A stretch of 43,189 bases of DNA from Candidatus Kapaibacterium sp. (GCA_044350705.1 JBILHA010000001.1:310242-353430); one strand, 5' to 3'. Shown: positions 27,832-36,689, numbered from the stretch's first letter. Notes: generated by a model not told the origin, from the letters alone. Program-made: numbers and translations.

Positions 27832-28719
27832 TTACGCACGGCGGGCCATGAGCCAGTTCTTGAGTGGCGTGAGCCGCTCGGTGACGTGAATCACGTTCCA
27901 GTTGATGTCGAGGCCGGGCGCGGCCTTGTACATCCGGATCTGGTCGTACGTGTGGCCGTGGGTTTCTCCGAGACCAGGCAGGACTCCGCAGAACGTGTAG
28001 CCCTGTGCGCGCCACTGCCGGATTTCTTCGATCGCGTCGGGCCAGTTGATGGGCAGATCGACGAAGGTCGACCCGATCGCATGCTTCCCGATGTACGGGT
28101 TGTGGAGATGGGGATCGGGGCAGGGCGGAGGAAGATCCTCGTTCCATCCGCGCTCCATCACCATGCTCGGCACGATCGCGGCGATTACTTGGGCGATGTC
28201 ATCGGGGAGGTAGACGCGACGACGTCCGAAGCCGGTATCTCCCTGTAGCGCCCGCATGGCGAACGTCACGGTCTCAGGCTGACCGATGTGCTGCTTGATC
28301 CCTGGGTACTTCGTCACACTGATGCCCAGCGGCACGAATCCCTCGTGTTCGAGATTCAGCTGCGATGCGAGGTCTGGGCGGTTGCAGACCGGCTCAGAGA
28401 TGGCCGCGATCATGCCCTGGGCGATGGCGGCATCCAGCCGTGCATGCGTGAGGCGCTTAGCCACGCCGTTCCCGCGCTTTTCGGGGTCAATGATGATCCC
28501 CCCGAGCTCAACTACGCCATTGTGGTTGGGCACGGGCTTCGCTCGCGCGAAGCCGCGGATCTTGCCTTCCTTGCACTCGGCGACGACTTGGATGCCGATG
28601 CGAATGCCATCTTCCGTCAGCTGGTACGGGTAGTCCCCATACTCCTGCTGGTAAAGGTCATTGATGGCACCGATGTCGCGGGTGGTGACGGGGCGGACGA
28701 TGATTTCGGTGGTGCTCAT
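27832..28719 (-). CDS. GC-rich GNAT-family N-acetyltransferase with extra C-terminal domain
   Basis: IIVRPVT..D, ELGGIIIDPEKRGNGVAKRL (acetyl-CoA motif A), SQ.NLE..GF.P.G; GGAGG SD at 28725-28729. Confidence 0.78.
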   Translation of the reverse strand: MSTTEIIVRPVTTRDIGAINDLYQQEYGDYPYQLTEDGIRIGIQVVAECKEGKIRGFARAKPVPNHNGVVELGGIIIDPEKRGNGVAKRLTHARLDAAIAQGMIAAISEPVCNRPDLASQLNLEHEGFVPLGISVTKYPGIKQHIGQPETVTFAMRALQGDTGFGRRRVYLPDDIAQVIAAIVPSMVMERGWNEDLPPPCPDPHLHNPYIGKHAIGSTFVDLPINWPDAIEEIRQWRAQGYTFCGVLPGLGETHGHTYDQIRMYKAAPGLDINWNVIHVTERLTPLKNWLMARRA

Positions 28720-28798
28720 GGGTTCCTCCAGGGTTTTCCTGTGCGGGATTCGCCCTCTCTCGACATGAGCGAGGGCGAAGGAGGCACAGGAAGGCAAG

Positions 28799-28834
28799 AA
28801 AAAAACACCGCGTTTTATACGCGGTGTTTTTTTT
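28799..28834 (-). terminator. Attenuator terminator (segments 3:4)
   Basis: Minus strand AAAAAAAACACCGCGT-ataaa-ACGCGGTGTTTTTTT, between leader ORF and GNAT. Confidence 0.8.
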
Positions 28835-28863
28835 CATGAAGGTGAATTATTCGTTCATTATCT

Positions 28864-28944
28864 TCATGTTAAAGCAACACCGCGTTGCGGAGTAAAGAGG
28901 ACCACGAGAATAATGTGCATTGCGGTGTTGCGCACGGAATTCAT
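28864..28944 (-). CDS. Attenuator leader peptide MNSVRNTAMHIILVVLFTPQRGVALT
   Basis: 26-aa ORF just after a TTGACA/TATCGT promoter; Ile-Ile-Leu-Val-Val-Leu run; contains segments 1 and 2 of mutually exclusive hairpins. Confidence 0.72.
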   Translation of the reverse strand: MNSVRNTAMHIILVVLFTPQRGVALT

Positions 28945-28953
28945 ATTGGTTTT

Positions 28954-28983
28954 ACGATAACCTTAGATCTCCTTTATTGTCAA
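28954..28983 (-). promoter_or_regulatory. Sigma70-type promoter for leader/GNAT
   Basis: TTGACA (28983-28978), 18-nt spacer, TATCGT (28959-28954). Confidence 0.6.
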
Positions 28984-29087
28984 ATCATCTTAAAAATGGG
29001 AAGTATCGGTCATGAATTTTTCGATATTTTGGGCGTGATACTATGAGCGGGTTGTTCTACAAGCATTATTATTTTTGAAATACTTCT

Positions 29088-29732
29088 ATGTCAAAGCAAA
29101 TGGTTATGGCTTCGTTAGGGGTTTTGGTACTTCTTGGTGCGGGATGCGTCGAGAAGTCTCGGGAATATCGTGATGCTTCTGGTGAAACGCCGGAGAACAT
29201 GAAATATCGCGACCTCATTTGTGGAGCAGGTTTTAAAGAATTTGTCAGCGATCGTCATAATATTGAATTCTGTTATCCTGAGGACAATGATGAAGGAGAA
29301 GTGGTGACTGTTCGTGAAGATGGCGATGGGGTTATTCTTTCCGTTGATGGAGAGCCGAAGCGAAAGATCGAAATCGTAGAAATCGATCCTGATCAGTCTC
29401 GTGAAGAGATTGTGCTTGGATATGCCCTTGCACCAGAAGATGCTGAGGTAACTTGTGGAACGCTCAGCTTGGAGACGCTTTCTGAAGGCCAAGCGAACAT
29501 TATTCTTACCGGTGAAAAAAATGGAGAACAGACGCTTGAAGCTACGACGCAGTGTACGTTTGATGAACGAGAAGGGGATGCTCCGTTCAATGGTGGGGTG
29601 ATGCGCTCAGGAACGTTTATTTTCTATGATCGAGAGCCTGAGATCATGTATATCTTGTCTGGCGAGCAATATCCTTCATTAGGTATCGGTACTGATGCTT
29701 TCGTGCATTCCATCCAGCCTCAGAGGCCATAA
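29088..29732 (+). CDS. Acidic lipoprotein
   Basis: Lipobox VLLGAGC after a hydrophobic stretch. Confidence 0.75.
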   Translation: MSKQMVMASLGVLVLLGAGCVEKSREYRDASGETPENMKYRDLICGAGFKEFVSDRHNIEFCYPEDNDEGEVVTVREDGDGVILSVDGEPKRKIEIVEIDPDQSREEIVLGYALAPEDAEVTCGTLSLETLSEGQANIILTGEKNGEQTLEATTQCTFDEREGDAPFNGGVMRSGTFIFYDREPEIMYILSGEQYPSLGIGTDAFVHSIQPQRP

Positions 29733-29767
29733 CAAAAAGAGCTGCATTTCGGTGCAGCTCTTTTGTT
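29731..29767. terminator. Bidirectional terminator
   Basis: ACAAAAAGAGCTGCA-tttcgg-TGCAGCTCTTTTGT. Confidence 0.85.
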
Positions 29768-30222
29768 TATATTCTTTCACAAAGTTCTTTTAACTTTTCA
29801 AGCGCTTTTTTCCACGCTTCTTCCATGTATGCTTTTTCAGATTCAAGAATATCCATATCTACATGAAGTTCAGTACCGCCATCTTTTCCAATGAACGTGT
29901 AATTTTCATGGATTCCTATCCAATTTTTTGCAAAGTCACTTGTACGATCTTCCACGCCGTTCTTTATAATTCCCTGATGTTCAAGTGACACAAATTCGTA
30001 TGGACGGTTTTCTTTTACAAAACTGACCATGCCACCTTCTCCGTCTCCTGTGGGATCAGGCCCGAGGAAAAGTATCTGAGAGCCTTGTTCCCACGAACCA
30101 GAAAAGTACGAACCAGGATTAAAGGCAGAGGTCCATTCGCGATACGTTGCATTTGACAACATGATGTCCCACACTTTTTCACGAGGCGCTTTGATAAACG
30201 TTTTTAGTTCAATTTTTTCCAT
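29767..30222 (-). CDS. SRPBCC/AHSA1-domain protein
   Basis: IKAPREKVW, TYREWTSAF, ENYTF...GGT, W..AL..LK..CE. Confidence 0.85.
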   Translation of the reverse strand: MEKIELKTFIKAPREKVWDIMLSNATYREWTSAFNPGSYFSGSWEQGSQILFLGPDPTGDGEGGMVSFVKENRPYEFVSLEHQGIIKNGVEDRTSDFAKNWIGIHENYTFIGKDGGTELHVDMDILESEKAYMEEAWKKALEKLKELCERI

Positions 30223-30236
30223 ACGTAGAAATGATT

Positions 30237-30731
30237 TTACGGATTTCCATTCATGTACTCAGACATCCTCTGAAAAGGGAAAGGACATGCTTGTTCATAC
30301 TCTGCACGTTTCTCGTTTACCGCATTGTCGAGTTCAATGTGCTCAATGCGTATTGCTCCGCTATTTTCACTTTTTGTGAATCCGGTTACTAATACCGCTT
30401 TTCCTACAAAAGGTTCTAAATCAACTTCAGAGCTCTCAATTGAGACCCCTGAAAATGAAGGACAGATCATTTCTGGCGTTCCTCGCTGAATGGTAAAGAG
30501 GGAGTATTCATGTTCACCCATATCCCACTCCTCAGTATTTGCCGGCTGTTTTAGTACGAATGCAAAACTGTTTGCAAGATATTGATACGTGTTTGGTCCT
30601 TGTGCTGAAGAGAAGTTCCAATTAGGAACAAGTTCAGAACTTTTTTCTTCGTTTTTATTTTCGAAGAAGAGATATGTCGTAGAAGCGGCGAGAAGAAAAA
30701 TAATGAGTGGCTGAATCCATTTTGAGATCAT
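30237..30731 (-). CDS. Membrane-anchored hypothetical protein
   Basis: N-terminal hydrophobic helix; tightly packed co-directional ORF. Confidence 0.6.
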   Translation of the reverse strand: MISKWIQPLIIFLLAASTTYLFFENKNEEKSSELVPNWNFSSAQGPNTYQYLANSFAFVLKQPANTEEWDMGEHEYSLFTIQRGTPEMICPSFSGVSIESSEVDLEPFVGKAVLVTGFTKSENSGAIRIEHIELDNAVNEKRAEYEQACPFPFQRMSEYMNGNP

Positions 30732-30734
30732 ATT

Positions 30735-31001
30735 CTAGAAGTCAAAGAGTTCTCCCAAAAAAGATTCCTTACGATGTTTCTTTTGTTTGTAGTAATCGTC
30801 GGAGTGGGAAGAGGAATGAGAGGATTGATGGGATTGAGGGGGTGGTGTTTGTTGAAGAGAAGATTGTGGTGAGCTAGCAGCGATGAGCTTGTCGAGTTCG
30901 CCACGGTCAAGCCATACACCACGGCAGGTAGGACAGTAGTCAATTTCAATTCCTTGGCGTTCCATCATTGCGAGAGTTGTCTGATCGTTTGGGCATTTCA
31001 T
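30735..31001 (-). CDS. zf-TFIIB domain protein
   Basis: MKCP.....ERQGIEIDYCPTCRGVWLDRGELDKLI...SFLGELFDF. Confidence 0.88.
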   Translation of the reverse strand: MKCPNDQTTLAMMERQGIEIDYCPTCRGVWLDRGELDKLIAASSPQSSLQQTPPPQSHQSSHSSSHSDDYYKQKKHRKESFLGELFDF

Positions 31002-31119
31002 AGGGTGACGCATTATTTTTACTCAAGATGTACTGTGAATATAGCAAGCTAAGAAAAAATAGCCAGAGATTGGGTGTGAGAAGAATGGAATATGCATATT
31101 TTTTGTTCACGATGAATAG

Positions 31120-31128
31120 TTATCCACA
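31120..31128 (+). promoter_or_regulatory. DnaA box
   Basis: Perfect TTATCCACA in a divergent intergenic region; degenerate TTGTTCACG at 31103. Confidence 0.45.
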
Positions 31129-31411
31129 TATCATTAAAAAAGTGCGAAATCGTTCGAAAATTTTCATGCTTTAAGCGGCAATGACCTGAGAAAATCATTG
31201 TGTGTTTTTTGTTAAAACGGTAAAATCTCTATTAGACCAGTATTGTTTTCTCCCTCACGTTTTGGCCTTCAAAAGCTACCTGAGCGGAGTTCAAAAAGGA
31301 GGCATGAAAAGGGTGTGCACGATAGGTAATCGCGTTCGACGCGATACTCTTTTCTATTCCGGACGCGGAATCTTTTCCTAAAATATTGGGTTTATTCTTA
31401 TCCTTCTCAGT

Positions 31412-32230
31412 ATGTCCAAAGAAATCGTGCAAGAGCGGACGGAGATGGAAATAACCTCTCTCCCGGTTCTTACGCCGGCGCATTTGAAGAAACAGTTATC
31501 TGTTGAAACAGAGCGTCGACATTTGTTACAGAAATTTATTCAAGAGAACTTAACGGAAGGCGTTGATTACGGTCGTATTCATCTGGCAACGAAAGATCGT
31601 TGTGCAAAGCCACGTGAGTGCAAGAACGAATATCACCTTTCTAAGCCTTGTCTCTTTAAGCCAGGTGCAGAAAAGTTTTGTTCACTTCTTCAGCTTCGTG
31701 CTGAATTTGCTGCTGACAAAGAAACGCTTGAAATGATGGGTGGAAACAGTGGAGTTATTGCATTCCGCTGTCAGCTTACGCACATTCCGAGCGGTCGTGT
31801 TATGGCAGAAGGTCGTGGTACCTGTTCGCTTAGTGAAAAGGGTGGACTTGCAAATACGGCGGTAAAGATTGCGGAAAAGCGCGCGCATATTGATGCGGTC
31901 TTGCGTCTTGGACTTTCCGACAGCTTCACGCAAGATATTGAAGATATGAAGGAGGTCGCTGATGCGGTCGATATCCTTACTCCTGTCGTCGTTCCTCAAA
32001 AAGTTACGCTCAGTCCTCAACAGTTCCGTGACATTCGCACATACGCTTTTGTGAAGCGCGCTGACATGAACAGTATCCGCGAGTACGTGCTCAAGGCCTT
32101 TGATTCACCGCTTGAGGAGATTACTCCTGAGCAAGCAGGGAAGGTGATGGCAATGCTTCGTAAGAAGTATGGTAAGCTCGAGAATATTGAACAGTTTGTT
32201 ACCGAAAAGAAAGAAAAGCAGACCGTATAA
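31412..32230 (+). CDS. Phage-type putative single-strand annealing/recombination protein (Rad52-like fold)
   Basis: GVDYG.I, KPCLFKPGAEK, AEGRGTCS..E, NTAVKIAEKRAHIDAVL...SDSFTQDIED; helical C-terminal tail. Confidence 0.55.
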   Translation: MSKEIVQERTEMEITSLPVLTPAHLKKQLSVETERRHLLQKFIQENLTEGVDYGRIHLATKDRCAKPRECKNEYHLSKPCLFKPGAEKFCSLLQLRAEFAADKETLEMMGGNSGVIAFRCQLTHIPSGRVMAEGRGTCSLSEKGGLANTAVKIAEKRAHIDAVLRLGLSDSFTQDIEDMKEVADAVDILTPVVVPQKVTLSPQQFRDIRTYAFVKRADMNSIREYVLKAFDSPLEEITPEQAGKVMAMLRKKYGKLENIEQFVTEKKEKQTV

Positions 32231-32247
32231 TGGTCTGTTTTTCTTTT
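32211..32247 (+). terminator. Terminator
   Basis: AAAAGCAGACC-gtataat-GGTCTGTTTTT plus T-rich tail. Confidence 0.6.
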
Positions 32248-32288
32248 GCGGAATTTGCTATGGTTGGTATGAAATTTTTTTCATTTCT

Positions 32289-32918
32289 ATGCAAAATATT
32301 CTTGATGCGTTGCAATGGCGTTATGCGGTGAAGGTGTTTGATTCTACGAAAAAAGTTGCCGAGCAAGATGTGCAGACTATTCTTGAAGCTGGGCGTTTGT
32401 CGCCGAGCGCGCTCGGTGTTGAGCCATGGCAGTTTTTGTTGATCACGAACGCTGAACTTCGTACAAAATTGCGTGAGGTGGGCTATGATCAGCCGAAAAT
32501 TACCGATGCATCGCATCTCATTGTTATCGCTCGTCGTACTCATGCTCGTGAGACTCTTGTGTCAGAACTTCTTTCGCGAACAGCCCTTCAACAAGGGGTT
32601 GATGTTTCGGCGCTTGAAGGTTTGTGTGCGATGGTACAGGGAAATATTGATCGCATGGATGATGTTGCGCTTGATGCGTGGGTACGTGCACAGTGTTACA
32701 TTCCTCTTGGTGTGATGGTTGAAACTGCGGCGCTTCTTGGTGTTGATGCATGCCCTATGGAAGGTTTCGATCCGCAGGGTGTAGATGCCGTTCTTGGTCT
32801 TGCGGAGAAGCATTTGCATGCAACAACGATGCTTGCACTGGGTTATCGTGGCGATGATCCTGCGGCAGCACGAGCGAAAGTCCGTCGGCTTCCTTCTGAA
32901 GTCATTACCGTTATTTAA
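32289..32918 (+). CDS. Nitroreductase family NAD(P)H-dependent oxidoreductase
   Basis: LQWRYAVKVFD, LSPSALGVEPW, QPKITDASHL, DACPMEGFD, LALGYR. Confidence 0.92.
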   Translation: MQNILDALQWRYAVKVFDSTKKVAEQDVQTILEAGRLSPSALGVEPWQFLLITNAELRTKLREVGYDQPKITDASHLIVIARRTHARETLVSELLSRTALQQGVDVSALEGLCAMVQGNIDRMDDVALDAWVRAQCYIPLGVMVETAALLGVDACPMEGFDPQGVDAVLGLAEKHLHATTMLALGYRGDDPAAARAKVRRLPSEVITVI

Positions 32919-32950
32919 AAAAAACACCCGACATGCTCGGGTGTTTTTTT
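32917..32950. terminator. Bidirectional terminator
   Basis: AAAAAAACACCCG-acatgct-CGGGTGTTTTTTT. Confidence 0.85.
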
Positions 32951-33872
32951 ATGCGGCGCATTCTGCAAATGCTTTCTCGAACTGCTCTTTATTTATGTCG
33001 TGTCCAATGATGACGAGCTTGCTTGCCCGTGGTTCATTTGGTTCCCATGGGCGATCGGGCAGATTTTCATACGTGTACCCGCCTCCTTGGAAAACGAAGC
33101 GCTCCTCCTTTCCTTCCAGGGCAAAGATGCCTTTATACCGGAGCAGTTTGTCGCCGTTCAGGACAAGATGTTCTCCAATGAATCGTCCGATTTTTTCTGC
33201 GGAAAGAGGCTTGTTGCTCGTGAGAAAAATTGAGGTGATGCCTGAGCTGTGTGCGTGTGTATTTGGTGCTGATTGCACGTGAGCCTGTACGGCTTCTGGT
33301 GCGGAGAACGAGAGTATGTCGGCATGGGTAACGAGGGGAGCATGTGCGTTGAGCGCGTGCATGCGTTTCTCGAGGTCTTCCGGAATGCGATTTTGTGTAA
33401 GGTCGGTTTTTGTGACGATGATGAGTTGTGCATTTTTTATTTGGCTCTCCCATTCCGGATAGTGCGCGTGTTCTTCGGCATGTTTTGCATCTACGAGCGT
33501 AATAACTGCGTTGAGTGAAAAATGCTTTGCAAGGGTAGGGCGGTTGAAGAACGACTTCATGAGCGGAAGGGGATCTGCAAGGCCGGTTGTTTCAATGATG
33601 ATGAGATCAAGCTGCTCTTGGGTGAGCGAAAGGAGATTTGCAAGTGCTTGATGAGTATCGCCAAGTGCGGCGCAGCAGAGCGCTCCCCCGGGAAGTTCCA
33701 CGATATTTTTTGCTTTTTCTTTGAGCAGCGCTCCATCAATGCCTACTTCGCCAAATTCGTTTACGATGAGCGCGATGCGTTTTTTGTTTTGTTCGCCCAG
33801 CGTTTTTTGCAGCAGGGTAGTTTTTCCGGCGCCGAGGAATCCGGTGAGTATGGTAACGGGGATGGGTGTCAT
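32949..33872 (-). CDS. CobW/COG0523 GTPase (metallochaperone)
   Basis: [22 protein letters not shown] (variant of GCxCC), [17 protein letters not shown]. Confidence 0.9.
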   Translation of the reverse strand: MTPIPVTILTGFLGAGKTTLLQKTLGEQNKKRIALIVNEFGEVGIDGALLKEKAKNIVELPGGALCCAALGDTHQALANLLSLTQEQLDLIIIETTGLADPLPLMKSFFNRPTLAKHFSLNAVITLVDAKHAEEHAHYPEWESQIKNAQLIIVTKTDLTQNRIPEDLEKRMHALNAHAPLVTHADILSFSAPEAVQAHVQSAPNTHAHSSGITSIFLTSNKPLSAEKIGRFIGEHLVLNGDKLLRYKGIFALEGKEERFVFQGGGYTYENLPDRPWEPNEPRASKLVIIGHDINKEQFEKAFAECAA

Positions 33873-33905
33873 ATCGTTCAGCGATGTACGTTTTTTTGTC
33901 CTTTG

Positions 33906-34319
33906 TTATGTTTTCTCTACGTATTTTTTAAAATTTTCAAGAATTGCCTGCCAACCTTGGCGCTGCATCTCTTCGGAATTTTCTTCTTCGGGATCAAAGG
34001 TCTCAATTACTTTGACGCCGTCCTCGTCTTTTACGAACGAGATATTCACTCGGCGACCATCATCCATTGCATAGCTTATCGTATGCAGATGGGATACCTC
34101 AGTATATTTTCCTGTGAAGTCAAAGCTCGCATTACCGTCTTTGGCGGCCATCACGGTTTTGAAGCTTCCCCCCGTGCGAAGATCGTTTTCTGCGCTGGGA
34201 GCTTCCCAGTCATCAGAAGCGTGGCACCATTTGGTGATGTGTTGCGGTTCTGTCCAGTATTCCCATACTTTTTCAATGGGGGCATTAATGATCGTTTCTA
34301 CGGTTATTTTTTTGTTCAT
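33906..34319 (-). CDS. SRPBCC/AHSA1-domain protein
   Basis: KITVET.INAPIEKVW..WT.P.HI.KW..ASDDW, QRQGWQAILENFKKYVE; start ATG 34319. Confidence 0.88.
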   Translation of the reverse strand: MNKKITVETIINAPIEKVWEYWTEPQHITKWCHASDDWEAPSAENDLRTGGSFKTVMAAKDGNASFDFTGKYTEVSHLHTISYAMDDGRRVNISFVKDEDGVKVIETFDPEEENSEEMQRQGWQAILENFKKYVEKT

Positions 34320-34366
34320 AGTTCGCATGACTATAGCAATTTTTTTTCGCATCAGCATTTTTTTGA

Positions 34367-34389
34367 CATATATCCGTTGCGGATATATG
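34367..34389. promoter_or_regulatory. Probable PadR operator overlapping the -35
   Basis: Perfect 10-bp inverted repeat CATATATCCG-ttg-CGGATATATG overlapping TTGACA (34363-34368) just upstream of padR. Confidence 0.7.
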
Positions 34390-34409
34390 GTTCTTTTATA
34401 ACCTGATAT

Positions 34410-34760
34410 ATGAGCAGTACTTCTCTTACTCCCGCAGTGCTTCACATTCTCCTCGCGCTCTCCACTGAAGAGCGCCATGGGTACGGAATTATGAAGCAAG
34501 TTGAACTGGATTCAGACGGAAAGATTAAAATGGGTCCCGGTACGCTGTATGGGTCTCTTGGTCGTATGCTGGAAGCAGGACTTATTCGCGAAAGCGAAAA
34601 GAGAGTTGATCCTGTGATGAATGATGAACGACGTATTTACTATCGCATTACGGCACATGGGCAAAAGGCATTAGCTCATGAAATTGAACGATATCGTGCG
34701 GTAGTTTCGGTTGCTCAGCAAAAGCATCTTTCACCTTTTAGCTTCGTGTATGTCGCGTAA
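34410..34760 (+). CDS. PadR family transcriptional regulator (short type)
   Basis: HILLAL...RHGYGIM..V, GPGTLYGSL.RM...GLI, RRIYYRIT..G. Confidence 0.92.
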   Translation: MSSTSLTPAVLHILLALSTEERHGYGIMKQVELDSDGKIKMGPGTLYGSLGRMLEAGLIRESEKRVDPVMNDERRIYYRITAHGQKALAHEIERYRAVVSVAQQKHLSPFSFVYVA

Positions 34761-35541
34761 CGTATCAGAACGTTATCGCTTGTGGTACGCGTGTTTTCTG
34801 CGCTTGTATCCTCGATCGTATTATGATCGCTTTGGTGAAGCAATGGAGCAAACGTTCCACGACTTGTATTGTGAATATCAGAAGACATCTTGCCACACAC
34901 TTTGGTTTGTAGGAGGAATATTTTGTGAAACATTTTTGGGAATTTTAAAAGAACATCTTGTCTCTTTCTTTATGGAAAATACGGTGAAAAGACTTCTCGT
35001 GTGGGCAGGGGGCGTAGCGCTCTTATTGATGATTCCTTTGGTGCTCACGCTTACCGGAAGCGGAAAAGAAGGTGAGGGATGGTATTGGACTGCGAGTGAT
35101 TTTGTTTTCGCGTTTGTGCTCATGTTCGGAGCGGGAGCTACATATGAAGTGATAAGTAAAAAGATGACAAATAATACTTGGTACAAAATGGCAGTTGGAT
35201 TGGCGGTGCTTACGGGTTTTCTGCTGCTCTGGGTAAATGCTGCGGTAGGTATTATTGGAAGCGAAGATAATCTTGCGAATGTGCTGTACTTTGGTGTGAT
35301 CGCGATCGGATTTTTGGGAGCGATCATTGCTCGTTTAGAAGCAAAAGCAATGGCAAAAGTGCTGTTTACGGTTGCCGCTGTACAGATGGCTGTTCCAGCG
35401 TTTGCGTTTGCTCTCTGGCAACCTCCTTTTACGTTGGGTGTTGTGAGGGTATTTATGCTCAATGCATTCTTTGCCATGTTCTGGGTAGGATCTGGTTTAT
35501 TGTTCCGTCAGGCGGGCAAGGCGGGAATAAAGAAAGCGTAA
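34750..35541 (+). CDS. PadR-associated membrane protein
   Basis: N-terminal LRLYP..Y.DRFG.AM..TF.D sensor-like motif followed by about 6 TM. Confidence 0.75.
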   Translation: MSRNVSERYRLWYACFLRLYPRSYYDRFGEAMEQTFHDLYCEYQKTSCHTLWFVGGIFCETFLGILKEHLVSFFMENTVKRLLVWAGGVALLLMIPLVLTLTGSGKEGEGWYWTASDFVFAFVLMFGAGATYEVISKKMTNNTWYKMAVGLAVLTGFLLLWVNAAVGIIGSEDNLANVLYFGVIAIGFLGAIIARLEAKAMAKVLFTVAAVQMAVPAFAFALWQPPFTLGVVRVFMLNAFFAMFWVGSGLLFRQAGKAGIKKA

Positions 35542-35591
35542 AAAATCCCCACGAAGTTCCAAAGGAGCGACGTGGGGATGTTCTTTGCAAA

Positions 35592-35993
35592 TTATTTTTT
35601 AGGCATGAGCAATGGGCGATACATTGCGCGCTGTTGCCAGAGGAAATAGATATTGATGAGTGCAAGAATGTTACCCATGACTGCTCCTGCGGTGAAGAGG
35701 CCGCCATCTAAGAAGAGATGAAATGCAACGATATTTACTGTCAGCGGGAGGATGAGGAGTGCGGTCAGTGCTTCACGTTTCGTCCAAAGGGCTACGAGGG
35801 CTAAGATAAAGATCATTGCCATGATCGCGTTGATATATCCTGCGCTCATGAGTGTTTGGATGAAAGTGAAAGCTTCCGGAGTGTTGTACAGATCTGCGGT
35901 GGGAGCGGGGAAGAAGCCCAGTGCACCGAAGATAGGCATGATCATGATGAGACTGAGAACAATTTTGAGCACGATATCGATGGCTTTTTTCAT
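35592..35993 (-). CDS. DoxX-like membrane protein
   Basis: Four TM; LPLTVNIVAFHLFLD. Confidence 0.6.
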   Translation of the reverse strand: MKKAIDIVLKIVLSLIMIMPIFGALGFFPAPTADLYNTPEAFTFIQTLMSAGYINAIMAMIFILALVALWTKREALTALLILPLTVNIVAFHLFLDGGLFTAGAVMGNILALINIYFLWQQRAMYRPLLMPKK

Positions 35994-36027
35994 ATTTTTT
36001 TACCTGTTATAGGCGAAGTATACTTCA

Positions 36028-36333
36028 TTATTTTTTCGTTCGTTTTTTGAGTATTCCTTGTACTGACGGACTGATCTTTTTGTCGGTTCGATGAATACAT
36101 CCGATCCAGCAACATGGTCGACGCTTTCCTTTTCCTAGATCCTCGAGGAGTCGGATGACGTGCTCCTTTCTTGTCTTCTCTTGCTTCACATACGTCACCC
36201 AGCAAATCCATTCATTACGTGCGAGGGGAGTGAGGCTCTCCCAAGTGGCAAGTACTGCTTTATTCGATGCTAAGGCTTTTTGCATGTCCGATGGAAGCTG
36301 GTGGACGGTGCCGCTCGAGATGTTTACACTCAT
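36028..36333 (-). CDS. YdeI/OmpD-associated family protein
   Basis: [21 protein letters not shown]...[16 protein letters not shown]. Confidence 0.85.
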   Translation of the reverse strand: MSVNISSGTVHQLPSDMQKALASNKAVLATWESLTPLARNEWICWVTYVKQEKTRKEHVIRLLEDLGKGKRRPCCWIGCIHRTDKKISPSVQGILKKRTKK

Positions 36334-36689
36334 ATTTTTTCTTTCCGCAAAATTTTTTCCATGGATTTTCCTTTTGCTAATTCGTCGATAAGTTTATCGA
36401 GATAGCGAATTTCACGCATAAGGGGATCTTTAATCTCTTGTACCTTTACGCCGCAGATGATGCCGGAAATGAGTTTTCGGGAGGGGTTTGGTTTTGGAGC
36501 TTTGGCAAAAAAGGTTTCAAAGTTCGTTTGCTTCTGTAGATGAGATTCTAATCCTTTTTGCGTGTATCCCGTAAGCCATCGGATGATTTTATCAACTTCT
36601 GCTTTTGCGCGTCCTTTTTTCTCCGCCTTTGCCACGTATAAAGGATAAACCTTCGCAAAACTCATGGTGTAAATACGATGATTGGTCAT
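36330..36689 (-). CDS. DUF2200 family protein
   Basis: [52 protein letters not shown]. Confidence 0.9.
   Translation of the reverse strand: MTNHRIYTMSFAKVYPLYVAKAEKKGRAKAEVDKIIRWLTGYTQKGLESHLQKQTNFETFFAKAPKPNPSRKLISGIICGVKVQEIKDPLMREIRYLDKLIDELAKGKSMEKILRKEKI

Noticed and set aside
27755-28147. 131-aa N-terminal extension of the desuccinylase ORF (apparent fusion or overlapping gene)
   Set aside because: It is an alternate frame of the GC-rich GNAT and crosses the hairpin; family motifs begin only after ATG 27754, which has its own -10-like TACTAT
31103-31128. Possible replication origin
   Set aside because: Only one perfect and one degenerate DnaA box; no box cluster, unwinding repeats or dnaA/dnaN nearby
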